From Octopus bimaculoides (lineage: Eukaryota): a DNA stretch of 64,000 nt. Shown in pieces: positions 40,612-53,998 of this stretch. The stretch covers positions 80,498,384-80,562,383 of the forward strand of contig NC_068986.1 in assembly GCF_001194135.2 (NCBI RefSeq), written 5' to 3'. The position numbers were made by a program, and so were the translations under genes. The notes under the pieces were generated by a model that was not told the DNA's origin, ran no database searches, and worked only from the letters and a program-made list of their open reading frames with translations. Every line of letters begins with the position of its first letter. Position 1 is the stretch's first letter.

Positions 40612-43548
40612 TATATATATAAAACACACATTATCATCATCATTTAACGTCCACTGTCACTGCACATATATATAAACACACACACACATATACATATATA
40701 ATAATAGTAATCTGCTTTTATTCAAAGCTCGACCACTTCCTGTGAGATATGCTCTTTCTGTACATAAGCATGTTTGTGGCTTTTGAGTTCTGATTGCTGC
40801 TTGAAATCTGCATTACAAAGAAATATGCCTCACCTCAAGTGGTATGATAATGTTTGTCTGGTTTGATTCGTGGCTATTTTTAAACCAGTATGGGACTTAC
40901 TTGCTTTACAACAAATATAGTATGTGAGCTTGTCTGCTAGCATGAACTATGTGTATATATGTACATATACATACAGCAGTCTTCTACCTTATCAGTTCCT
41001 GTGGGACAGTCCAACCCATGCAAGCATGGAAAATGGCCATTAAATAATCATGATGTTCTTCAGTAATAAAGGCCTCTTTGTAACAAAGGCAGAATGTATG
41101 ATGCCTGTGTATGGACAGCTATACTACATGGCAGCAAAACATGGGCTCTGACCACAGAGGACATGTGAAGGCTTGAAAGAAATGAAGCCAACATGCTATG
41201 TGGATGTACAATATCAGTGTGCATGTATAACAAAACAAATATTTAAAGAGAAAAATTGGGTATAAGAAGCATCAGATGTAGTGTGCAGGAGAGAAGACTG
41301 TACTTGTACGGTCATGTGATGTGTATGGATGACAACAGCTGCATAAAGAAGTGCCAATCTCTAATAGAGGAGGAAACGTTTTGAAGAGGTAGACCCAGAA
41401 AGATGTGGAATGAAGTAGTGGAAAATGATCTCCAGATGTTGAGCCTTACAGAGATGACAAGCAACCAAGACAACTTGCAAGTTGCTGTGCTCAAGAAGAC
41501 ATGTCAAGCTAAGTAAAATCAAGGCCATACAGGCACGTCCTTTAAAGCCCCCCCCCCNNNNNNNNNNNNNNNNNNNNNNNNNNNNNNNNNNNNNNNNNNN
41601 NNNNNNNNNNNNNNNNNNNNNNNNNNNNNNNNNNNNNNNNNNNNNNNNNNNNNNNNNNNNNNNNNNNNNNNNNNNNNNNNNNNNNNNNNNNNCCCCCCCC
41701 CCCCAACCTATCTTCTCAATACCCCTTCCCCCAGCCCACGATCCCCATCTGCTGTATATCCCTCCACTCTCCCTCATGTGTCTAACCATAGACACTCTCC
41801 ATGCTCACGCATATCTACCATAGCCCATACTCCTGCACCTCCAGTGTCTCTCACCAACGTTTGCTATAGTCACTTCTTCCTATCTCTAAACATAATTCTT
41901 CACACTCACCTCTACCCCCTCTGTACCACTTATATTCACCCCCGCTGAAACTTGTGGGTATGTCCTGATACATCACCACCACCACCATCTATTTCTCTCT
42001 CTCTCTCTCACTAACTCCGACTGTCTCTATCTTTCTATCAAATTCTTTTCTCTTTTCCCCCTTTTTTCTTTTCCAGTGAGGGTAGCCAAGAATCTCCTCT
42101 ATAGTAAGACACCGATCTCTATCCCCCTATTATATTTTGACCTCTCAGCTGGCACAAAGCCACCTCCTTCAGTACAACTTCCTCTCCTAGCTGAGGCGTC
42201 TTCACCTGGCAAGTTACTTGCCAACCCTAATGGTACAGTACACTCTGTAAAGTGGTTGGTGTTAGAAAAGTCATCCAGCAATAGAAATCATGCCAAAGCA
42301 GACAATGGAGTCTGGAGCAGTTCTCTGGCTTTCCATCTCCCGTGAAACCACCCAACCTCTGCCAGCATGGAAAATAGATGTTAATTAAAGATTATGGCGA
42401 TAATATAAACATGGAAATTTTAGTTGTGGCTGATGGCAGTGCCACCTGACTGGCTTTCGTACTGGTGGCACGTAATAAGCACCATTCATGCGTGGGTCAT
42501 TGCCAGCGCAGCCTGATTGGCTCCCCATGCCAGTGACATGTAAAAAGCACCATCCGAATGTGGTTGATGCCAGTCCCCACTCTCCTGCCCCGACTGGTTT
42601 CTCTGCTGGTAGCACGTAAAAAGCACCCACTGCACTCTCCGAGTGGTTGGTATTAGGAAGGGCATCCAGCTGTAGAAACATTGCCAGATCAGATTGGAGC
42701 CTGGTGCAGCCTCATGGCTTGCTAGTCCCCAGCAAAACCATCCAACCCAGGCCAGCATAGAAAACGAGCTTAAACAATGATGATGAAAATGATGATATAC
42801 ACACACACATATACATGTACATATATATAAATACAAACATGTACATATATAATCATGATTTAATGTCCCCATTCCATGCTAGCATGGGTTGAATGGTTTG
42901 ATAGGATTCAATGGATCCAACAACTGCATTGTACTCCACTTTGGCATGGTTTCTACAGCACCCTAATGCCTACCACTTTACAGCAGGTGAATTTTTCATG
43001 CGATCAACACTAAATCTCTCTCTCATATATATATATATATACTTTTTTAAGAAAGTATATTCTTTTGTCAGACATCTGCGATTGAGACATGATCACAACT
43101 GTCCGATGAATGGGAACATGAAACTCCGAGGCACAGTTTTTGTGAGGTTTTTGCCGATTTAATAAAAAAGCATATTACTCTACCTTCATTGTTTGAGTAC
43201 TATTTTGTCCACCTTGTTATGTATTTATTGTGAAATAAATTTATAATTTAGTGTGAAATCTCCATACAAAAATTTCCCCTTTCACAGTTTTAGCTTTGCC
43301 CCATAAGTTACACCCCCAGATTTTTCAGTTAAAATCAAGTATAAAAAAAAGCAGCTTATACATGAGTAAATATAGTAATTATGGATATAAAATTACAGAT
43401 TACAACGGTATCTGACAAGTTTTCTTTTTGTCTTCAATAGAAAACTGAAGAGAAAGAACTAATTATAAAGAAAACCCCTCCAAAAAAACAAACAATAATT
43501 ACCGTGGTCTTGATTAAACCTCAAATTATTGATAACTGGTTTAGACAT
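23271..43548 (-). CDS. WDR45: WD repeat domain phosphoinositide-interacting protein 4 (PROPPIN, WIPI4), 342 aa; exons complement 43503..43548, 37858..37932, 36175..36279, 34939..35035, 32211..32305, 31038..31111, 29392..29514, 28180..28265, 26482..26583, 25718..25836, 23271..23377
   Basis: Spliced product [34 protein letters not shown]...[20 protein letters not shown]...FPGHKCGSV...[32 protein letters not shown]...[36 protein letters not shown]...[21 protein letters not shown]...[26 protein letters not shown]. All 10 introns are GT-AG with matching phases (1029 nt). LRRG, SFSHDS and FPGHKCG motifs favour WDR45 over WDR45B. Confidence 0.97.
23909..24785 (+). mobile_element. Internally deleted maT/DD37D-type Tc1-mariner element
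   Basis: TIRs (t)agggtgttacaaaaaatttggtatcat / gatatctaattttttgaaacaccctg, flanked by TA. N-terminal [37 protein letters not shown] (DUF4817-type HTH) and C-terminal [43 protein letters not shown]. The catalytic core is missing. Confidence 0.8.
26710..27305 (-). mobile_element. 5'-truncated R4/Dong-like LINE with restriction-like endonuclease (RLE) C-terminus and 3' UTR
   Basis: [51 protein letters not shown] (frameshift) [32 protein letters not shown]: the RPD..E/D..P.D.N....EK..Y and PVIIGALG motifs of RLE-type LINEs. Both ends abut microsatellites. Confidence 0.75.
33935..34268 (-). mobile_element. tRNA-derived SINE with CORE-like central domain (representative copy)
   Basis: Minus strand has A-box-like tcagtggttagag and B-box-like gtttgattccc, then gagcaagacactttatttcatgttgctccagctcactcagctg. 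Related copies near 2010-2350, 19180-19450, 23645, 27770, 45290 and 53630. Confidence 0.75.
35740..36122 (+). mobile_element. Second tRNA-derived SINE family (representative copy)
   Basis: tgtggtaagaag A-box, ggttcagtcc B-box and an (AAAGAATA)-type tail. Related pieces near 2830, 18530, 26200, 33130 and 37290. Confidence 0.7.
39916..40570. other. Assembly gap (other N runs at 2812-2821, 13425-13488, 22941-23056, 41558-41691)
   Basis: Runs of N, mostly abutting microsatellites or homopolymers. Confidence 1.
41085..41520 (+). mobile_element. RTE LINE 3' coding-end relic
   Basis: Degenerate [16 protein letters not shown]...LERNEA.ML...[35 protein letters not shown]...[11 protein letters not shown]. 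Similar pieces at 59145-59340 (+) and 62630-62800 (-). Confidence 0.7.
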
Positions 43549-45686
43549 CCTGCTGTTTTAAAACTGAATGATGAATTCTGAAAGGAAATGATAATGAGAT
43601 AATTTTAATTAAACATCAAGGACACTCACACAAACAAACAAAATGAAAACATGCTGGATGGAAATGGATTAAATTGGAGGTGGAGGGTATCCTTTCTAAC
43701 TGTAGGTAAAAATAAATTTGGGAAGAAGTTGCAAGATTAGTTCTGAGAATCTGAGACAACAGAGGAGAAAGATTAAAGACAGATGTGTTATACAATCCTT
43801 ACTAACATAGTGATGATGATTTATATTCAAAGAAAAGCAACATTTTCAATAACCCCCTACAAGTCGTTATATGGCAGATATCAAGAGACATTAAAGTGAA
43901 GTTAAAATGATGTCACCTGGAATTTATTTTTCAGTTTAACATCTACATAATCCTTTCTACTATAGGCACAGGGCCTGAAATTCAGGGGTGGGAGATAGTT
44001 GATTACATCAACTCCAGTACTCAACTGATACTTAATTTATGGACCCTGAAAAAGATGAAAGGCAGAATATGAACTCAGAACATAGCAATGGCAAAATACC
44101 ACTACGCATTTCACCCACTTGCCGCCTTTTTAACATCTACATAATGTCATATATAGCACAGTTTGTTGTTGGAGCATTTGTCATGACACTTCAATGTCTT
44201 CATCCATCAACCACAAAAAAGTAAAGCGGACTAGAGCCTCTTTTCTGTTAGTCAAGAAACAAGAGTAAGTAGAGCTGTGAAGTACCTTGTTCCGAACCAC
44301 AAAACTCTGACTTCAATTTTGAATTATTCAACATATTTTTTTTTTTATTAACTCTTTGTCTGTCCAAAGCATTTTTGTAAGGCTTATCCTAAACATCCAT
44401 CCTTGTTTTCAGACTTTTAACAAACTCTTGTTTCATACATTCTGAGTAATGTATGAAAGCTTTCTTTTCATAAGTTCCAAGTGATTGAAAAAAAACTGGG
44501 AATGTGTATCATATATGATGCAGGGATGCTGGGAAAGTATGTTCTGTGTTATCAGATGTGATACACAGGCAAAGGGTTAGGAAGGTAGGGAGTAGTTTCA
44601 AAGTGATTTGTCTGCTAATTCTAGCAAATCAAGCAACTCTATAGAGCCTCCTTTGCTGGCTCTTTTCATTTCCTAGATATAGCTACTGCATCATTACTCC
44701 AGTCTTTATCTCACTAACTGAGAAACCTGTCACCAAAACAACAATATTCATATTAAATCCATACTGTAGCACTGCAGCTCATACAATTCATCAGTGCATG
44801 TTGGGATGTGAACTATGGTTGCCTGTTAGGTGGTGACATGTGTAACTGGAATAGATTTATTGACTACACTTACTCAGCCGACTACTTGCACGCCAGGGGC
44901 TACTTGAGCAGAGCAGATCAGGTTTATACAATAACAATATTTCTTCTACCAGCAAAGCCAGAAAACATCAAATATAACCAGATGTGACAATCAACAAAAC
45001 AAAGCAACACAGACATATAACATACACAGAAGACAAAATTATTTGAAGTTAGATGTAATGCATCCATAAACTACACAGAAAACATAGAAAAAAAAAAAAA
45101 AAATTTCCTAGAACAATCACAGATTCCAACAACATTTGACTAACAGAAGGAAACAGCAACAATGGTGTACAAATCATATCATAGCCATCACTAATGAGTA
45201 TGAGTTGATAGCATGTACCATATTTTCACTAGTTTTAGCAGCTTGTGTACTGTCAGAAGATATAGGCATCCTCTCAGCACCTGCAACATTCACTTGGTGG
45301 AATGTCAAGGATATCACAGCTGAAGAGAGAGAAACCTGCACCAGCACCTGGTTGGTACTCAATTTCAGTTGATTAGATCAGAACAACATGAAATAAGTGC
45401 CTTGTTCAAGGACACCACGTCACACTGCTGCTCCAGGAATCAAACCCAAGACCATATGATCATGAGCCCAATACCCTTTACATTCAGATGTAATTACATT
45501 ATTGTGAATTACTCATGCATTGTCTTGTAGCTTTGAAATTTCAACGATGGGATTCTTTACTTTAGGAATGGCACTGTAGGGTAGATATAAGAAGCCAAAT
45601 CTGGAAGAATATTTGGGCCGGATATGGGTGGTTTAAACAGTAAAGTATTAGCCACCAGGCCATGTAGGTACCCCTATACCACTGGG

Positions 45687-45727
45687 AGAGAGAGAGAGAG
45701 AGAGAAAGAGAAAGAGAGGGAGAGGGA

Positions 45728-45782
<55 letters not shown>

Positions 45783-45800
45783 TGTGTGTGTGTGTGCTTG
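45687..45800 (+). repeat. (GA)n/(GT)n compound microsatellite (one of many; also 3225-3330, 6940-7005, 11310-11350, 53955-53995, 57350-57448)
   Basis: Direct reading of dinucleotide runs. Confidence 0.95.
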
Positions 45801-47644
45801 TTTGTTTGTATCTGATACTGACAACCAAATCTGTAAATAATGGTCAGTTCTGTCCAGAACGGAGAAAGTAGTAGATATAAGGATATGATGATAGTCTGTA
45901 AACACTGAAACACTTCATATGGCCAGACAGCACCTTCACTATCTCACCTTTCAATAAGAATGGTTTTAAATTTTGGTGCAGGAGCAGCAGCTTTTGAGGG
46001 GAGGGGTTTAGTTGAATAGATCAATCATAGCACTTGATTGGTACTTTATCTTATTGACCATGAAAGTATGAAAGGCAAAGCTGACCTCAGCAGAATTTGA
46101 ACTCAGAATGTAAAGACAGATAAGATGCTGGTAGGCACTAATGGCTCTGCTAGTTAAATGCTTTCACCTTTTAATAATAATGACACCATAATATCACTAA
46201 CATCAACATCATTATTAGTTATGCCAAACTAACAAGGAGCATCTATATAATATCTCAGTCTACTAGAAATAGCAGTTATCTTTAATAAGGGCATTTTGGA
46301 TAATAAAATTGGTGTACTCTATTCACCGTAAAAAGATTGGATGGTGGCTGGAATAGCTTCGATCAAAAGAAAATAAGTTTGATCAGAGCCAGTGGCGGAT
46401 CATGTACAGTAAGGAAATAATTTGAAATTCTGAGCATGTTCATAACTTGGGAAATAGCAATGTCTGAAGATATAGGTTTCTTTAAACATAGTTACAAACT
46501 GTCAATAACCCGTTGAAAGTTTAGTGACAGGGTAGTGAGAACATTCAATGCAAACAGACATTCACTATGATTTCCAAGAAACAAAATTGGAGAGGCTGAA
46601 AAAAAGATTAAAAACGAATGTTGCTGGAAAAATATGCTAAAATTATATACATGGAAGAATTCATAAAAATCTTGATCCAAACTTTGGAATGCAAGAAAGT
46701 ACTGTCAGATCTTATGATTGTCTTCCTTCAAACCGACGCAGGAATCTAGACAACGATAGTTTGGCATTTAAAGGTCACTGATTATACAACTGTCTCCTAA
46801 TGAGGGTTATATATTTCTGTCCAATATACTAGATCAGCCACCTACAAAAGGTTACAACCAAAACAGAGTAGCTTCCACCTCAGTGGTTGGTCAACTGAAT
46901 AGAGATGTCACATTTACTGAAAAACTTAACAAACACATTCAACCCTGAATATACACAAAGATCACAAAAGACATGGATAATTCGCTGTTATGGAGGTGCT
47001 CTAGCATAGCCGTAGTCATGATGTCTAAACTATTCTCTCTTCCAATACATATATATATATACTATATGCCACCAGCCACTTGAGTTTGATAAGTCACCTA
47101 TACAGTTAAGTGCTTTATAGGTACGAAACCAATGGTCACTCTCTGACCAGCCATAACAAACAACCTTCTAAATATAAGTGTGTGTGTGTGTATGCACATG
47201 CTCCATTGAAGTTGATAAGCCAATTTCCAGATATTCTTTTAACACACACCAACAATCCTACATACTTCCTTAATTATTCTAGGATTAAACTATTTGCTTG
47301 ATGAAGTCTAATAAGGCCGGAACGTATCCAGATTTGTCATATAACTAAATACCACATCCACCCCCCGGCTCCCACGCATTTCATATTTAATTTTAAATTA
47401 TTCTTCGAAGTTGTCTCCCTTTACCTTCTCCCTCTTTTTAAATAATTAATTTAGAAAATCATTGTTTTCATTAACAGTACAATCCTAAAGGTTTAAAACT
47501 ATTTGTGTATAACACTAAGCACATTATAACTCTCTTTACTATATTAACAAATATTTACACTGTGTTTTTGAAAGAAACCTATATGGAGCCAGTATGTAGG
47601 AGCTCGGTCTGCTAAGACTGGCAGTCATAAATATAACAATTGAT

Positions 47645-47812
47645 CAGTGCTCCGCAACCAGTATACCGCGGCACAAAGGTGTGACGATGTTAGGTGTGCC
47701 GCAGTGTAACGTGAATATAATTTTTTCCCCATACTTTTAGTTATCTTTTTAGTTTAGGTGTGCCGCCGAATTTTAAAAAGAATATAAGTGAAAAAAAGGT
47801 TACGGAACACAG
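47645..47812. mobile_element. hAT (Charlie-like) MITE, old
   Basis: TIRs cagtgctccgcaacc / ggttacggaacacag. Flanks caattgat / cactcgat match at 6 of 8, consistent with a decayed 8-bp TSD. Confidence 0.5.
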
Positions 47813-48849
47813 CACTCGATAATACATCGCTAAGATGCAGCTGGATCAAAATATAAGTTGGGGGTCAAACAACATCGTAGGAAGGCATTAAAAAATAATG
47901 GTCACTACCCTTCCTCCACCGATAAAATCTCTGAAACATCAACCAATATTGTCTCTACTTTAACAGTGGATCCTGTGACTCGACACCTGATTCCCAACTT
48001 CATTTCTGATTTGTCTTTCCAATCTTTTACAGGTAGATAAAATAGATGTGTAGTTCTACCTCAGTCATGATCAAGCAGGTCTATGAACCAAAGCAGTCCA
48101 GTACTGACCATGTATGTGGGTTAACATAGACAAATACTTCGTTTCCAAGACTATAGGAGTGTGTGGGGAGGATGACTTAAGAAAGATTTGGTTCATGTTT
48201 CTAGCGACTACGTAAAGTAAGGAAGATATATTGTTTCTAATGGATCCAACGATCACAGAATGGCCTACTCATTCACTCGTGCTAAAATAGTATCAATAAC
48301 AAACTAGGTTTGATCCTATTGATTATAAATCACCAAAGACGGGTCCTCAATCCAGGACCCACCTATTATAACAGATTTCCTTGTCCCACAGTATTTACAA
48401 CGGTAAATCTAGACTACTTTGCACCCAGTACACAAGTCCTCTCACATTTATTATTATTATTATTATTTTTTTTTTTTTACATAAGCAGTCACTCTATTTA
48501 GGATTTAATGTTTGTTAAGTAGTTATAATAATAATAATACTGACAAATAATACTAATTAACTAGAAATTTTAATTCCGATGATTGCGTAAAATAGCTGGT
48601 TCCGTATGTAGTTAAGCTGTCGATGATTATAGAGGGGAAAAAACATAAGAAATAAATTAGATTAAATATGCAGATTATAATATGTGATTCACAAGACAAA
48701 GAACTGGTTATGTGATTTAGCCCTAGTCCAGACACGATCCAGCAGACCTATAATCAGAGACATTCCAGCCGTGATCAATCCGTCTTTAGGGTATGTCTAG
48801 GACGATATCAGCCAATGCGTGCATTGTTTTGAAGATAGTATAATGTGAT

Positions 48850-49550
48850 TTGGGGGCGCTTTAGTTGCTACAACTAGTAGGCAGCGCTATCACGTAGAGG
48901 CTCCCTTGTTTTCCCATGTTTACTGGTTTATTTACAGATAATGACTCAGCAGACGAGTCTGTGTGCGCGCGTGTGTGAGAGGCGAGTTTACGACTACGTG
49001 TTACATAACGGGGTACATAGGATAAATAAATGATTGCTGACAAAAAAATAAACTTTAACACGTGATTGTGCATATCTATCTGAGGTCCCTAAGACATTGC
49101 TTTTAATAAATTAAATATATTCTGCAATCCAAATGTATTGAGTTCCTCCTTGGATTATGGATTCCCTAATTATGCGATTGCATGTATGTGACTCACACAC
49201 ACACTGTGTGTGCGTGTGTACACAAGTTTGGATCAGAGCGATGAAAAGTACTCGATTCGTGGTAGCAGTGGGGACTGCGAAATATACGCAAGAGCAAAGT
49301 TATTCACCAGAAGTAAAAAAAAAGTTGGGAGTGAGAGAGCATTATTATTTTATTATTGTGCCAAAATTTGAAACGATTCAATTATTATTATTACGTAAAT
49401 CGTAGTAGGTGGCTTGACCACTGGTCACTACGTCGTAGCTATTCCGAACCAACGAGCGAGCCTCTGCGTAGTAACTCAATATGCAGGAAATAACAGTCAA
49501 ATCTCCTTCAGACCACACCCTAGTCTTAAGAACAGAATGTATACGGTGAA
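48850..49550. promoter_or_regulatory. Putative shared (bidirectional) promoter region of WDR45 and RBM22
   Basis: CpG-rich patch between divergent start codons at 43548 (-) and 51229 (+). Both ATG-bearing exons start with a splice acceptor, so non-coding first exons must lie upstream of each, most plausibly in this interval. E-box CACGTG near 49059. Confidence 0.5.
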
Positions 49551-50272
49551 TAAATGGGCGATCTTTGTTTTCAGGAAGAAATATGCAACTAAGACCAAAG
49601 GTCATAGATAGATATAGCCTTAGATACACTATATGTCTTGAAAAAATAAATTTTAAAAATAGGAAGACAAAGACAGGGCGGTCACAACTGGAACGTCTTT
49701 ATAAGTATGCTCAGTGAGTGAGATCTCGCTTTGTTTATTATTGTTTGGAATGACATTTCTACCATCGACACTAAAATATTGTAAATAAGCTTGGAAATGT
49801 CGATCTAATCTTCATATAAACTTTTTAACCTAAGCCCGAATACTACACACACACACAGACAGACAGATAGACCAGTCAGATGAGGTTGTTAAAATATTCG
49901 TGAAATAAACCTGGTGTGTTTTATTCCTGTATCACTGCTACATACTAAATACGTTTGTGTTGATCAGTTTCTTATTGTTACGGATTTAATCTGCAGTCTG
50001 GGGTTTGCTCATTAGCAAACGTTTGTCTTATTTAGAGTGAAAAGTATTCAATACACATAGATGGGTGTATATTTTATTAAAATTCCAACCGTTTATCTAG
50101 CTTCTATTAAAAAGATATATACGCTATATTACCTGAGTATTTATTCCACCCTTCTGTAAACAGATAGGTTCGTTGATACACGCAAGCGTTTTCAACATGT
50201 GTGTATGTATATGTATGTATAAATATAGCCTTTCTATCTATCTATCTATATCTATAATTTATATATATATAC

Positions 50273-50309
<37 letters not shown>

Positions 50310-51228
50310 CTATCTATGGCATAACCCTGTAGTTATGCCTCTATGGCATAACTACAGGGTTTTACCCCCCAGACTTTGGGAGGAACTATCTATCTCTCTC
50401 TCTATATATATATAATCATCTATCTATCTATCTATACATACATACATACATATATGACACAGCACCATTATGTATCTTAAATAAAGAATCGCATCTACAA
50501 ATTTATATACGACTAGTTTGTATATACACGAGACGAATGAATTAGTCTATATCTATTGTTTATGAAAACAAATTTTTTTTCCTCGCACTCTCTACTCTGT
50601 GTGTGCGTTTGTAGATATATGTGTGTGTGTGTGTCTGTGCGTGCAAATTTGCACACACACGCACGTGTATACAAACACAGAGACAATGTAGACAAGGAAC
50701 TATATGTAAATATACATATTTGTGAAAGATTGTCTATTTGTCTACATTTATAAAAAATATAGCAAATCTATATAAAAAACATTTGCGAATGTATTGAGAG
50801 TGTGATGGGTTTGGATGAAACTGCAATAGAAAATAGATGTAGTTACCTTCATGGGTATCACAGATAGTTGTAGATGTTTAGTGAAAAAGTCCTAGAGACT
50901 GCTACATGTTCTGTTTAGTAAACATCAAGTGACCTACAACAATTAGAGTGCTTCACCCGGATATAGAACCACAGAAACAGGTCAGGTTGTCTCTAAAAGC
51001 ACAACATTTCCGCTGAAATATATAATATAGTTATGATATTGAATCTAATTTCAATTTTACATATTAATAAATGTTTTACAATTATAACCAAAATATTCTA
51101 ATTTGAAAAAAATTGTTAATTTTATATAAATACTTGATATTTATATTATTTATTAATTATAGTAATTTTCCGTTTCGTATTGCATTACATTTTGTAATCA
51201 CCTTTGTTTGTGTAGAGTGAACAGCAAT

Positions 51229-53952
51229 ATGGCTACTTCCAAGAGTGCCAACACTTACAACAGACAAAACTGGGAAGATTCGGTGAGATTATTTACATTT
51301 TGTAAATTTTTTAAAATTTATAAATACGATGCATTTCTGCGAAAATATTTAATTAATCTGAAACAAATCTGCTTCTCTCTTGTTAAGTATGTCGACAATA
51401 AACGTATAAAAGTTAGGGCTATACTCCACGCATCACTTCAAATTTTCTCACAGATTGGCTCACAACTCTAATTATTAAGTAGAGATAGAAACAGATTGTG
51501 GGATAATATTAATTACAGAGATATGACCGATTTATTTGTGGTCGATGCCGATCACTATTATAAGAGTCGAATATTCACAGCTAGATCTGCAGGGATAGAA
51601 CATGGATCCGTTTTCCCTTAACCATACATTGGGAATCTGCTGAGTCCTGAAGAATTGCATATATCTACCGCAAATTTGCTTTGCCACTCTGATATAACTA
51701 TATGTTGCAAGTCTGGTACTTTTATAGGTAACGATGTGTATCCCTGTTGATCTTGCAGATTAATTGTGGCACTTTACCAAAACACGTTGAGGTCTTCAGC
51801 ATAACAAAGAACGCAGTGTTAAAACTTGGAGTTACCAGTATTGTAGAGCCAGTCGGCTTTGATCGCAGTGATAAGTACAGATCTGCAGGAATGATATGAT
51901 TGCTTTGGAAACAAGGAAAGTGTTTGATCTGAGATGCAACAACCATAAAGACTCTTACTTGGTATCACGTGGTTGAATGTGCAACACACCCGCACTTTTG
52001 CATGCGGTAGGAAGGAAATCTAAACAATACTGTAATCTATTTGGACAGTATACATTTCAACTAGTGACAGCTGAAACTAGTGATTGTTTTGGGACCCTCT
52101 ATTTCCAATATTGTTTTAGATTTGGATTTGAAGTTGTCAAATTTGCTGAGCGAATACTTTAGGCCGCATGTCTCTAACTAAATTTCGATTGCAATCATCG
52201 GCAAGCGTGGTTTCTTGCACAGCTAACCAAACATATTTAATTTGCAAGGAATTAATGTCTAATATATTTCAAAAAATTCCTGAATGTGTTGTTTTCATGG
52301 CTCTATGCCAGCAAAATTCTTGTAGATAAATTAGAAATATAGTACCTGATACACATGTTTGGTTTGATATTTTTCTTTGACTCTGTTTCATGTGCAATCT
52401 GTAGCATTTGATGTATTGTTGGGATCAGCAAAAATGCACACTGGCCTACCATTGTGTAGGACACTTTATGGAGATTGCCAAATAGTCTAAGACTTTCTTT
52501 CACTTTGTGATTTTAAACCAAAAGAGTACCTAATTTATAAGTTATGTGCTATAAATCAAAACAATACAAAAAAACTTCCAAACTATTGTTCAGTCACCCT
52601 AACCTTAACCTGACTGGATTGCAGTAGCAGCCAAATTTCTCTCAAATCTCTTTAAAAAAAAGGACTCAGTGGATAAATGTAGTCCAATATACTTTGAGGT
52701 TTGAAATCGAGATGAGCTATTCACCATAGGAATGCTATAGATTATAAATCTAATCCATTGGGATTGAGTTGGAGTTAAGCATCAGCTCCCTCATTTCTAT
52801 ACAATAGATATTTAACAAATCGGCAAAATTAAACTTAAAGGTTTTTTTTTTTGGCATTATTACTGGTGAGCTGAAGGCTTGAAAAAATAAGTACCAGTTG
52901 AACACTGGGGTCAATTTAATCGACTTAGTCCTTCCTTCGAACCTGCTGACCTTGTGTAAAAATTTGAAACTGTTATTGGTGGCAAGATAGCAGAATTATT
53001 AGCATGCTGGACAAAATGCTTAGCGACATTTCATCCATCTTCATGTTCTGAGTTCAAATTCCGCCAAGGTTGACTTTGCATTTCATCTTTTTGGGGTTAA
53101 TAAAATAAGTACCAGTTGAGCAGTGGGGTTGATATCCTCAACTTACACCTCTCCTTAAATTGTTGGCTTTGTGCCAAAATTTGAAACTACTATTACTGGC
53201 GAGAAGTAGAATCAGTAGCATGCTGGAAAAAAAATACTTAGTAGTATTTCTTCCAGATCTTTATACTTTGAATTCAAATTCTACCAAGGTCGACTTTGCC
53301 TTTCATCCTTTTGTGGGTTGATGAAACAGTCAGTTACTGGGATCGATGTAATCAACTTGCCCCTCATCTCAAAATTGTTGGCCTTGTACAAAAATTTGAA
53401 ACCATTATTACTGGATTAGTAAAAACAATAGCTTGTTAATCAAAATATCCTACAGAAATTAATAAAACTCTTATGTTCTGAGTTTAAATCCTGCCAGGTT
53501 AACTTTTGCTATTTGTCCTTCAGGGACAATACAATAACGTACTAATTAGGAATTGATCAACTATAACATCCCCAAAATTGTGATATTATGTTAGAAATCA
53601 ATATAGAATAGCTCACAGCATATACATATGAAGGTGCATGGCTTAGTGGTTAGGGTGCTACACCAATGCTCTAGCAATCATGATTTCAATTCCTAGACCG
53701 AGTGGTACATTGTGTTCTTGAACAAAACACTTCACCTCACATTGCTCTGCGGTCACATCAACACCTGACATGTGGTACACTGTGCACCTGTTCAGACAAT
53801 GTCGATTTGATGGAGAGAGTGAGCTAATGTGTGGCACAAACATTTGATCACTATAAACAAATCATTTGTGCAGGTCGTTCGGCAAAAGCTGAATGCTCAT
53901 ACTTTGTCTCTAATAGGAGAGTCCATCATCATCATGTATACGTTTGCTTGTA

Positions 53953-53998
<46 letters not shown>

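Noticed and set aside
39729-41823. Long ORFs of 113-297 aa in the track
   Set aside because: They exist only because they read through N gaps and microsatellites.
52066-52086. ctagtgacagctgaaactagt hammerhead-like string
   Set aside because: Explained as coding remnant (LVTAETS) of the CRE-like LINE; the core and cleavage site are non-canonical.
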